A stretch of DNA of 63,918 bases, the filler included. It is 4 parts of 4 records of this genome, joined end to end, with 100 filler letters (N's around TTAATTAATTAA, not from the genome) between each part and the next. Parts side by side here need not be neighbours in the genome. Positions count along the whole stretch, not along the records: positions 1 to 25,960 come from SRR31156797_186; 3 more parts are not named here. One strand, 5' to 3'. Positions 10,322-18,843 of the stretch are shown here, in pieces. The notes beneath the pieces are model-generated. The model had not been told where the DNA came from. It did no database searches and saw nothing but the letters and a program-made list of their open reading frames with translations. The position numbers were made by a program, and so were the translations under genes. Numbering within the stretch: the first letter of the stretch is position 1; each line of letters opens with the position of its first letter.

Positions 10322-11734
10322 ATGAAAAAAATAATTTTACTACTCTCTTTGACACTGTTGTTACTAAGTTGTATGGGAGAGAATAATTCAATTTCAGAAT
10401 TGACTTCTACTGGTCAAACAATACAAGATGATATTGGAACAGGGTCATTAACTATCTCAGGTAAATGGCCTGGTAATTCAACAGAAAGTAGTAATCTAAT
10501 ATCAAAGTCAATTCCAAATGATACTGCTAAGATGGTTATTAATATATCAAATGGAACAATAGATCAATCAACTAATGTTACTGATACCGGAAGTCAAACA
10601 TTTAATATAACATTTCAAGATTTGACTCCTGGAACATGGACTGTAAATGTTAGCTCAGAAGATTCAGATGGAAATGTATTATCTAAAATAAAAACAAAAA
10701 CAGTATTAATTACAAGTAACAATAATTCTATTGCAGCGATTTTTCCACCACAAAATTATGCAGAACTATTTTTAACCAGTACAATGTTTCATTTGGCAAA
10801 TGATTATCAAAGATGGTTTGATGTACTTGCGGCACTAGATGTTTCAAGTGTAGAAATGTACAAAAGAGATGCTTATCAAGGTAGTACGAGCTTGGATAGA
10901 TTTGAATATGCCAGATGGATGACAAATAGTTTCTTCACTTATTCGGGTGAAACGGTAGCTTCAAGTACAACAGCGAGTGGAATAATTGTTGATGGTTACA
11001 CTGATACAGATAAAATTGGCGAACTTGTTTTAGGGTCCTCTGATGCAAATGGAAATATAGAGTCAGCAACATACTCTAACATTCAGAACTTTAAAATTGA
11101 TTTTGGGATGACATATGGAACTGCTAGCAGACTTGATACATTATCAATTAGTGGAAAAGTTGATGATGTCGAGAAATATAGTGAATCAGAAACATTTGAT
11201 TATTCAGATGGAAGATATAATTCATCTAGTATAACAGTAAATAGTTCAGAATGGGGAGGAAGCTCAGGAACTTATGCAAATAGAGAGTTAGTACACTTTT
11301 TATTTGGATCAGATAGTTCAAGCTCAGGTATTGAATATTCATTGATTTGGGAAGGTGGAAGGATAGTAACGCTGAATAGTAGTGATAATCTCTCATCAAA
11401 CCCAAGATACGAAACAAGAAACATTAACTATGATTCAACTGATACAGGTAAAGCAATAACTGAAGAAGCGGTAATTAAAGAAGAAATCGGGACAGAGACT
11501 TACAACTATTATAAAGAATCAGTAACATACTCATATGATTCTACTAAAACTCATTTATTAATTGGAAAAACTGTATCATATTTTGATTCTTATGGAATAG
11601 AGCAAGAGAATAGAAGAGTTGCATTTACTTATGGCTCTTTTGATAGAGTAGATACTATAAATTATTATTACACTGAATACGGTGGAAGTGAAGAACTGAT
11701 ATTCTCAGAAAAGCTAAATTATAATACTAATTAA
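10322..11734 (+). CDS. Lipoprotein Lp4 (Ig/pilin-like + beta-rich domain)
   Basis: ATG 10322 after AGGTG (ORF track 10313); lipobox LLSC; GKWP...SKSIP; PPQNYAELFL; ends EKLNYNTN. Confidence 0.8.
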   Translation: MKKIILLLSLTLLLLSCMGENNSISELTSTGQTIQDDIGTGSLTISGKWPGNSTESSNLISKSIPNDTAKMVINISNGTIDQSTNVTDTGSQTFNITFQDLTPGTWTVNVSSEDSDGNVLSKIKTKTVLITSNNNSIAAIFPPQNYAELFLTSTMFHLANDYQRWFDVLAALDVSSVEMYKRDAYQGSTSLDRFEYARWMTNSFFTYSGETVASSTTASGIIVDGYTDTDKIGELVLGSSDANGNIESATYSNIQNFKIDFGMTYGTASRLDTLSISGKVDDVEKYSESETFDYSDGRYNSSSITVNSSEWGGSSGTYANRELVHFLFGSDSSSSGIEYSLIWEGGRIVTLNSSDNLSSNPRYETRNINYDSTDTGKAITEEAVIKEEIGTETYNYYKESVTYSYDSTKTHLLIGKTVSYFDSYGIEQENRRVAFTYGSFDRVDTINYYYTEYGGSEELIFSEKLNYNTN

Positions 11735-11750
11735 AAAGGAGAAATAGTCT

Positions 11751-14090
11751 ATGTTTAGAAAAAGGATACTTGCAATAGGAATGGCTTTAAGTTTATTTTT
11801 TAGTATAGGCTATTTCCTATATGTGAATTTAAATCTTACTTTTTTTGAATTCTTTGAGTTAAAAACTTATGATATGAGATATAAGTTTAGAGAAATAGTA
11901 AAAGATAAAACTGAACGGGATTATGATGTTATAATCGTCGGAGTTGATGAAAGAAGTTTAATCAAGATTGGTAAATGGCCTTGGAGTAGAGACATTCACG
12001 GTAAACTAATTAAAATTTTAAAAGAATACGGTATTAAAAGTGTAGGTTTTGACGTTTCTTTTAGTGAAGCCGGAGCATCGTCAGAGTTTCAAGGCTATAA
12101 AAAAGATCTAAAAACTATTGTAGCTCAAGGTTATAAAGGTGGAGAAATAAGTGAAGAAAAAGCTGTAGATCTGTTAAAGAAGATAAATACTCTGAAAACA
12201 GATGAGGATTATCAATTTGCAGCAGCTCTGAAGGAAACCGGAAATACAGTAATTGGAACATATAATGTAATGAGTGAAGAGGAAGCTATCGATGAGAGTG
12301 TTTTCGAAAACGATCATTATCAAAAAACAAGGTTTGTAGCTGTTGAAGGAATAATGGATGAAATAATCGAAGTTGGAAGAACCGGCGAGAGAAGAGTGAA
12401 ACCTTTTGAAATTTATAAAATTATTCCTCCGATAGATTTAATAGGAAAATTTGCATTTGGGATAGCTCCATTTGAAGTTGGGGAGCCAGATCCTGATGGA
12501 GTATTGAGAGGAGTTGTTTTAGTAACAAAGGAATCTCTTACCAATCTATATTTTCCACCCCTTTATTTAGTAACGTATCTAAAAGCTATGGGGTTATCAA
12601 TGGCTGAGAATGTTTCATTTAATATGAGAGATTCTAAAATTGAAATCTATAACGGTCCTATGAATGATGATAATTTGTTCAAAGTAATTCCAACAAATAA
12701 GAATGGTTATCAAAGGTTGTTTTTCTATGGGAAAGGACATACATTTAAATATATATCATATTATGATATATTAAATGGTTTAGCTGACCCGGAGGATTTT
12801 AAGGATAAAATTGCATTGGTAGGTTATACGGATTCAGCAAAAGGTCTGTATGACTTGAGAGCAACGCCTCTTGACCCTAATACGCCGGGAGTTGAACTTC
12901 ATGCAACGGCTATTCAAAATGTAATTGATGATAAATTTATGACCAGAGCAGAAGTATTACCAACTATGCTTGCAATATTTGTTTTTGCAGCTTTTATTAC
13001 ACTGTCTACCGGTGCTAAACAGATGAATACTGTAGCGGCTAGTGGAATATCAATCTTGGTAATTATACTGTATGTAGTATTTTCATATATGTTATTTGAG
13101 AATGGTGTTTGGATTGAGACATTTTACCCTATATTTGCGTTTATTATTCTTTTTTCAGCTTTGGAAGCATTTAATTATCTTTTTGAAGAGGGAGAGAAGA
13201 GATATATTAAAAATGTATTTGGTCACTATATCAGTCCTGATTTGGTTCAAGATTTAATCAAATCACCTGAAATGCTTAAGCTTGGAGGAGAAAAAAAGGA
13301 GTTGACGGCATTTTTCTCAGATATTCAAGGATTTACATCGATCTCTGAAGCTCTTGATCCGGAAGAATTGGTAGAATTTTTAAATGAGTATTTGTCCTTA
13401 ATGACTGAAATTATCCTAAAACACAATGGAACTATTGATAAATATATCGGTGATGCAATTATGGCAATATTTGGGGCTCCGGTTAATCTCGAAAATAATG
13501 CTTTAAGTTGCTGTTATGCAGCTCTTGAATATCAAGAAAGATTAGAACAACTTCGGGAAAAAAATGAAAAAGAAGGAAAACAAATTTTTTATGCAAGAAT
13601 TGGTATAAATACCGGAGATATGGTTGTTGGAAATATGGGTTGTGAAGTTGGAGAGATAAAAAAATTCAACTATACAATCATTGGAGATGAAGTAAACCTG
13701 GCTGCTCGTCTTGAGGGTGCTAATAAAATGTATGGAACTTTTATCATGATAAGTGAGAATACATATCAAAGAGTAAAAGACTACTTTGAAGTACGAATTT
13801 TAGATAGAGCGAAAGTAAAAGGTAAGAAAAAAGCTGTACAAACTTATGAATTAATGGGTAAAAAAGGTGAAGTTGTAGAGAAACTAATGAAAGTGAAAGA
13901 GTTATATGATCATGGAATGGAGTGTTATTTTGCTCAAAACTGGGACGAAGCAGATGAAGCATTCAAGGCAGCGCTTGATGTAAACCCTGCTGACGGGCCT
14001 TCAAAACTTTATATTAAAAGAATTGAAGAATATAAGGAAACTCCGCCACCTGAAAACTGGGATGGAAGTTATACATTCACTTCAAAATAA
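11751..14090 (+). CDS. CHASE2-domain class III adenylate cyclase with C-terminal TPR-like tail
   Basis: N-terminal TM; CHASE2 motifs (IIIVGVDERSL, GKWPWSR, DPDGVLR, PGVELHA); three TMs; FSDIQGFT, DKYIGDAIMAIFG (Lys points to ATP specificity), NYTIIGDEVNLAARLEGANK; PPENWDG tail. Confidence 0.93.
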   Translation: MFRKRILAIGMALSLFFSIGYFLYVNLNLTFFEFFELKTYDMRYKFREIVKDKTERDYDVIIVGVDERSLIKIGKWPWSRDIHGKLIKILKEYGIKSVGFDVSFSEAGASSEFQGYKKDLKTIVAQGYKGGEISEEKAVDLLKKINTLKTDEDYQFAAALKETGNTVIGTYNVMSEEEAIDESVFENDHYQKTRFVAVEGIMDEIIEVGRTGERRVKPFEIYKIIPPIDLIGKFAFGIAPFEVGEPDPDGVLRGVVLVTKESLTNLYFPPLYLVTYLKAMGLSMAENVSFNMRDSKIEIYNGPMNDDNLFKVIPTNKNGYQRLFFYGKGHTFKYISYYDILNGLADPEDFKDKIALVGYTDSAKGLYDLRATPLDPNTPGVELHATAIQNVIDDKFMTRAEVLPTMLAIFVFAAFITLSTGAKQMNTVAASGISILVIILYVVFSYMLFENGVWIETFYPIFAFIILFSALEAFNYLFEEGEKRYIKNVFGHYISPDLVQDLIKSPEMLKLGGEKKELTAFFSDIQGFTSISEALDPEELVEFLNEYLSLMTEIILKHNGTIDKYIGDAIMAIFGAPVNLENNALSCCYAALEYQERLEQLREKNEKEGKQIFYARIGINTGDMVVGNMGCEVGEIKKFNYTIIGDEVNLAARLEGANKMYGTFIMISENTYQRVKDYFEVRILDRAKVKGKKKAVQTYELMGKKGEVVEKLMKVKELYDHGMECYFAQNWDEADEAFKAALDVNPADGPSKLYIKRIEEYKETPPPENWDGSYTFTSK

Positions 14091-14121
14091 TAATATGATT
14101 TCTTATATAAAAATTAAGCAA

Positions 14122-14164
14122 AAGGGCTACAGTGTATCTTACACTTAGCCCTTATTTTGTTTTG
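14122..14164 (+). terminator. Rho-independent terminator after the cyclase
   Basis: AAGGGCTA(C)AGTGTA-TCT-TACACTTAGCCCTT hairpin plus T-rich tail. Confidence 0.7.
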
Positions 14165-14214
14165 TTTGAAAAAAGATTCAAAGATCAATATATTGTGCAA
14201 ATTGAATATAAATA

Positions 14215-14223
14215 TGTTATAAT
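14215..14223 (+). promoter_or_regulatory. Extended -10 promoter element for cassette 3
   Basis: TGTTATAAT (TGn-TATAAT) about 70 bp upstream of the 14294 start. Confidence 0.5.
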
Positions 14224-14293
14224 AGTGATGACTATTTTGGTTTTTTGAATGGAATATGGGATGATTTTGAAATATAATTAAGGGGTTTTTAGC

Positions 14294-15940
14294 ATGGCAA
14301 AAAAGGGATTAGCAATTTTAATAATGATTCTAATAAGTATAACAGGTATTTTTTATGTTGCTTATAGAAACTCTACCAGCATTGAAGAAAAATCTAGCGA
14401 ACAAGTATCTGTAAAAGAAGATAACAAAAAAATACTTGAAGAATTCAACGAAGTGAAGACTCGTGTAATAGAGAAAGCTGAAAAAAAACCTGAAAAAATT
14501 GAAATTGAAGATAAAAAAGCAGTAATAACTAAGATAGCAAAAGAAAAAGGAAATGAAAATAAGAGCATAATTATTAAGAAAATAGTTGAAAAACCAATAA
14601 AAAAACAAGAAATCAAACAAAAAGAGTTTGAAGATAAAAAAACTGAAGATCAAGTTGAATTTGAAATTATTGAAAAGGAAAAAATAATTGAAGTAGAGAA
14701 ATTAGCTAAAATTCCTGTTAAAACTACTATAGAATTAGAAAATGAGAAATTTATAGTAAAAGAAAAAATAGAGATAAAAGAAGCTGAAGAAGTTGATCAA
14801 GCACAATTAATTGGAATTATGATTGAGCTTGATAACTATAGTGTTGCAGAAGAGATGTTAGGCGAAATGTCTGACAAAGATTCTTATGATTATTATTTTC
14901 TTTCTGCAAAGCTTGCTGAAGGACAGGGAGAAACTAAAGAAGCCTTGGAACTGTATGAAAAAGCTTATGAAAAAGATGAAACAAATCCCATTCCTAGATT
15001 AAGAATATTAAGAGTTTATATTAGAAATAAAAAATATAGAAGAAGAATAAAAAGAGAATTAAAATTAATATCAGAACTTGAAATGACTGAAAGTGAAAGA
15101 AAAGAGTTTGAAGTTCTTAAAAAATTACTAAATAAAGACGAGAGATTTAAGCATCTTTTTAGAATTTCAACAGGAGTGACTGTAACAGATAATGTTGAAA
15201 GTGATTATGAAAATGAACAGTCAGATTTTAAATCAACACTTAGCTTAACCTACTTAAATCTATTTAAGATAAATGATAAATACTCTTTAACGAGTTTTGC
15301 TTCATATTATAATGAGATGTATGCTGAAACAAATGAGAAAAGCTCTCACAGTATATTTGTCGGGACGGAGTTAAACAGAACTTTTGATAAATGGAAAATA
15401 TCTGTTCCCTTAATGTTAAGTTATAGTATGGTTGATAATGAAGAAGCTGTTAGAAGTACTTCGCTTGGATTAGAAGCAACAAAATTAGTAAATGATAGCT
15501 TAAGTACATCTTTTGGAGTAAATGTTGAACCAATGGTTAATACTCTATATGATTTTGATGGAAATGAATACTTTTCATTTGCGAATTTAGAATGGCAAAA
15601 AGATAAATCAACAAACTATAAATTTGAAATAACTGCTGAACAGGCATCTTACTCTGAAGAGAGTGAGAATTATAACGGATATGGAGCTGAGATATCCAGA
15701 CAGAAGCTTTATAAGGAAAAGTATGACTTAGAATTAAAGTATAATGTGATATTTGAAAATTATACAGAAGATAATAGAGATGATTTAGTTCATCTCTTTG
15801 ATATAAGTTTAAAATCAAATCTATTTAATACTAAATGGGAGTATATTTTAGCTTATGGGCTTGAAATTGCTGACTCAAATTATACTGAATATGAGTATCA
15901 AAAAAATGAATTATCTATTAAATTGAGAAGAGATTTTTAG
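14294..15940 (+). CDS. TPR + outer-membrane beta-barrel protein with N-terminal hydrophobic segment and K/E-rich extension, cassette 3
   Basis: C-terminal ~380 aa align by eye with 4708 (YYFLSAKL, PRLRIL, TDNV, KWEYILAY, IKLRRDF); about 140 extra K/E/I-rich residues. Confidence 0.75.
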   Translation: MAKKGLAILIMILISITGIFYVAYRNSTSIEEKSSEQVSVKEDNKKILEEFNEVKTRVIEKAEKKPEKIEIEDKKAVITKIAKEKGNENKSIIIKKIVEKPIKKQEIKQKEFEDKKTEDQVEFEIIEKEKIIEVEKLAKIPVKTTIELENEKFIVKEKIEIKEAEEVDQAQLIGIMIELDNYSVAEEMLGEMSDKDSYDYYFLSAKLAEGQGETKEALELYEKAYEKDETNPIPRLRILRVYIRNKKYRRRIKRELKLISELEMTESERKEFEVLKKLLNKDERFKHLFRISTGVTVTDNVESDYENEQSDFKSTLSLTYLNLFKINDKYSLTSFASYYNEMYAETNEKSSHSIFVGTELNRTFDKWKISVPLMLSYSMVDNEEAVRSTSLGLEATKLVNDSLSTSFGVNVEPMVNTLYDFDGNEYFSFANLEWQKDKSTNYKFEITAEQASYSEESENYNGYGAEISRQKLYKEKYDLELKYNVIFENYTEDNRDDLVHLFDISLKSNLFNTKWEYILAYGLEIADSNYTEYEYQKNELSIKLRRDF

Positions 15941-15949
15941 GAGGCTGAA

Positions 15950-17287
15950 ATGTTGAAAAAAATAATATTACTTATATTTTTATCTGTTTTTTCAATTACT
16001 TGTTTTTCAGCTTCTGAATTAGATAGTTTATTGAAAGATGATGACGATTTATTTAGTGACCTTATTTCTGAAGAAGACACTTTAGTTCCCAAAGATGCTT
16101 TTGTTGAGGAGTTGTTTGGACAGGTGTTTCTTCAACACGAAGGAAGTAGCAAATGGCTGCAAGTGATAGAAAATTCAGTTGTTAAGGAGAAGGACACTGT
16201 TTTAACAATGGAAAATTCTGGTGTTAAGATCAGAATGGAAGAGGAAACATATATAAATTTGGGTTCAAGATCAAAAATTTATTTTGAGACCTTACTTGGA
16301 AAACCTGATGTAGAACTGATGACAGAAACGGGGCTTAAATTAGCATGGGGAAAAGTTTACTCAAATGTTAGAAAAAAGCTTGAAAAAGGTGGAAGGTATG
16401 AAATAGAAGCCGGAGGAGTTGTAGCCGGAGTAAGAGGAACTAAGTTTGAAGTTGAAGCCGAAAAAACCGGAGAAGTAAAAGTAAAGGTGTTTGAAGGAAA
16501 AGTATTTGTACTTCCATTAGAAGTTTATAATCAAAAAAAAGAGGAAGCTAAAAAAGCTTCAGAAGAGGATGGCGAAAACTCTCAAGAACAAACTGATGAA
16601 GAAAATGAGTCAGAAGAGAACTCAGAAGAAAATGAAAATTCTCAAGATGATTCTTCTGAAGAAAATGAAGATAATAATGAACAGGAAGAAGAAAACTCAG
16701 AAGCGAATAAAGAAGTAAATGAAGAGGCTAAAACTTCAGAAAACGAAGAAAACATAGTTGAACAAGCAAGCGAGCAAGCTAAAATAGAAATTGAGACAGA
16801 AATTGAACAGGAATTAGATGAGAAAAAAGAGATTCAAATGGATAATCTCTTAGATGAAATAATTTTAGGTTCTGATGATGAGCTTAATATAGATCAAGAT
16901 GGCTTAGTTGCTGAACTAAGTAAACATGATGATGAAGCACCTGTGGAACTAGCTAAATCAAGTGAAGTAAGTGCTGAAATTCAACAAGTTACAGAAGATG
17001 CTAAAGAAGAGGAAGATGAAAAACAATTAAATCAGAATGTTTCTAATAAAAATGAAGCTGATGATGAAGAAAGTGAAGAAGAAGAGACAACTGAAGAGGA
17101 AGAAGAAACAACTGTTGCAGAGGAAATCCCGGAAGAGCTAGAAGAAGAAACATTATCAGAGGAGATAATCCCTGATAAAATTCCTGAGGAAGAGATAGAT
17201 GAAATAGAGCAAACAGTAAAAGAAACAGTAGAAGAAGTTGTTGAGGAAAATACTTCTGTAGGGAAATTAATAATTGAGATTAAATAA
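15950..17287 (+). CDS. Secreted FecR-domain protein with long acidic linkers, cassette 3
   Basis: Signal peptide; ASELDSLL; AGVRGT; E/N-rich insert; ends VGKLIIEIK. Confidence 0.85.
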   Translation: MLKKIILLIFLSVFSITCFSASELDSLLKDDDDLFSDLISEEDTLVPKDAFVEELFGQVFLQHEGSSKWLQVIENSVVKEKDTVLTMENSGVKIRMEEETYINLGSRSKIYFETLLGKPDVELMTETGLKLAWGKVYSNVRKKLEKGGRYEIEAGGVVAGVRGTKFEVEAEKTGEVKVKVFEGKVFVLPLEVYNQKKEEAKKASEEDGENSQEQTDEENESEENSEENENSQDDSSEENEDNNEQEEENSEANKEVNEEAKTSENEENIVEQASEQAKIEIETEIEQELDEKKEIQMDNLLDEIILGSDDELNIDQDGLVAELSKHDDEAPVELAKSSEVSAEIQQVTEDAKEEEDEKQLNQNVSNKNEADDEESEEEETTEEEEETTVAEEIPEELEEETLSEEIIPDKIPEEEIDEIEQTVKETVEEVVEENTSVGKLIIEIK

Positions 17288-17313
17288 TTTCGAAGTATTG
17301 GGGGTGAAGGAGA

Positions 17314-18831
17314 TTGAAAAATAATTTACAAATATTAATAGTCTTGCTAATAACGCTTCTGTTATCAGCGTGCATTGGTGATAATATTGCTAACATAGAT
17401 GAAGGTGTAGGAAGCATAATCATTTCAGGAAGATGGTCTGGGGAAATGAGTAATAAATCAAGCAGTATTTCACGGACAATTTACTCAGAAGCCGGCTCAA
17501 TAGAGGTTACGCTAACAAAAGATTCGCAGGAAATAAGTCAAACTGAAACAAGAACATCTGATTCAACATCATTTTATATTGTTATGGATGATGTAGAGAT
17601 AGGTGATTGGACAATGACTCTGATTATATATGATTATGATGGTCAGGAAGTTGGAAGGACAAGTGAGAGTGTAAGCGTAAATTCAGGAGATAACCCGGTG
17701 GATTTACTTGTAACTCCTAATGACTACTCCATAGGCCCTGCAAATTATGCTGAATTATTTTTACCTGATAAATCTGCTGAAAATTATAGTTTGTTTTCTT
17801 GTCAATATGAAATCATGTCTTATTTAGATATTGAGGAGATTGATCTTTATACTGCTGATGCATATGTGAGATCAGATGTTTATAATAATCATACTGATTT
17901 TTTTAGTAAAAATCAAATTTTTTGCTGGAATTGGCCCAATATAACTGGATATGAAGAGGGAAGAGAAGATGTTGACAGCACTTATATCTCCTCTAATAGT
18001 GATGTGGCAGCAACGATGAAATATACTTATTCAGATGAGTATATTGTAGCGGCAACATATAGTAATGAAGCTGATTTTACTGAAAATGTAATTGTGACCT
18101 ATAATGATTCCGGAAAAATAAGCCAAGTTGAAAGTCTCACAGAAAAAGGAACTAGCACTTCAAATGAAAAACTGACATATTCATATGAAAACGGGATTTT
18201 AACCGTAGTAGAATCAGAAGTGGGAAACGGAACTCCTAAAACTCTAGAATATAATGATGGGTATCTCACTTCAAATATTGAGAAAGACTCAGATGGAAAT
18301 AAAGTAAGTGAACAAACATATACTTGGAACTCTTCTGAATTAAGCACTTTTAGTCATATAGAATATGATGTTAATGATTATGACGGAGATAGCAATACAA
18401 GCGAAATCAGATGGCAGAGAGATGCTACATATACTTATGATGAAGGTAAATTAAAAGAAGTTATGAATACAGATAAAATTCTATTAAGCGGTTATGAAAC
18501 AGATGAAAAAAAGGTTATTACATACAGCTATAATTCTAATGATGGCTTATCATCTATTTCGATAGTTAAGTATTATTATGAAGATAGTTTGAGTGATTAT
18601 AACGAAGATGATGAACAAGGGTTTTATGAGTCTAATAAAGTTGATATTAACTTTACCTATGATGATGACAACTTAGTTAGGAAAGTGAGCTACAATTATA
18701 CAACATATGATTATATTTATAACTCAGGAACTTTGGAATATGAAAGAACTGATACTGAAAATGAGATCTTCTATGAAAAAATTTATTATACATCTGATAG
18801 TGGCAGTGATGTTACAATCGGAGTTCAGTAG
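17314..18831 (+). CDS. Lipoprotein Lp5 (closest to Lp2)
   Basis: TTG start; lipobox LSAC; GRWS...SRTIYSE; GPANYAELFLP; ends GSDVTIGVQ. Confidence 0.8.
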   Translation: MKNNLQILIVLLITLLLSACIGDNIANIDEGVGSIIISGRWSGEMSNKSSSISRTIYSEAGSIEVTLTKDSQEISQTETRTSDSTSFYIVMDDVEIGDWTMTLIIYDYDGQEVGRTSESVSVNSGDNPVDLLVTPNDYSIGPANYAELFLPDKSAENYSLFSCQYEIMSYLDIEEIDLYTADAYVRSDVYNNHTDFFSKNQIFCWNWPNITGYEEGREDVDSTYISSNSDVAATMKYTYSDEYIVAATYSNEADFTENVIVTYNDSGKISQVESLTEKGTSTSNEKLTYSYENGILTVVESEVGNGTPKTLEYNDGYLTSNIEKDSDGNKVSEQTYTWNSSELSTFSHIEYDVNDYDGDSNTSEIRWQRDATYTYDEGKLKEVMNTDKILLSGYETDEKKVITYSYNSNDGLSSISIVKYYYEDSLSDYNEDDEQGFYESNKVDINFTYDDDNLVRKVSYNYTTYDYIYNSGTLEYERTDTENEIFYEKIYYTSDSGSDVTIGVQ

Positions 18832-18843
18832 GGAGGTGCTAAC

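Noticed and set aside
1317-17287. Classical FecIRA iron-uptake signalling
   Set aside because: No ECF sigma, no cytoplasmic anti-sigma domain, and the barrels are too small for TonB-dependent receptors and lack a plug
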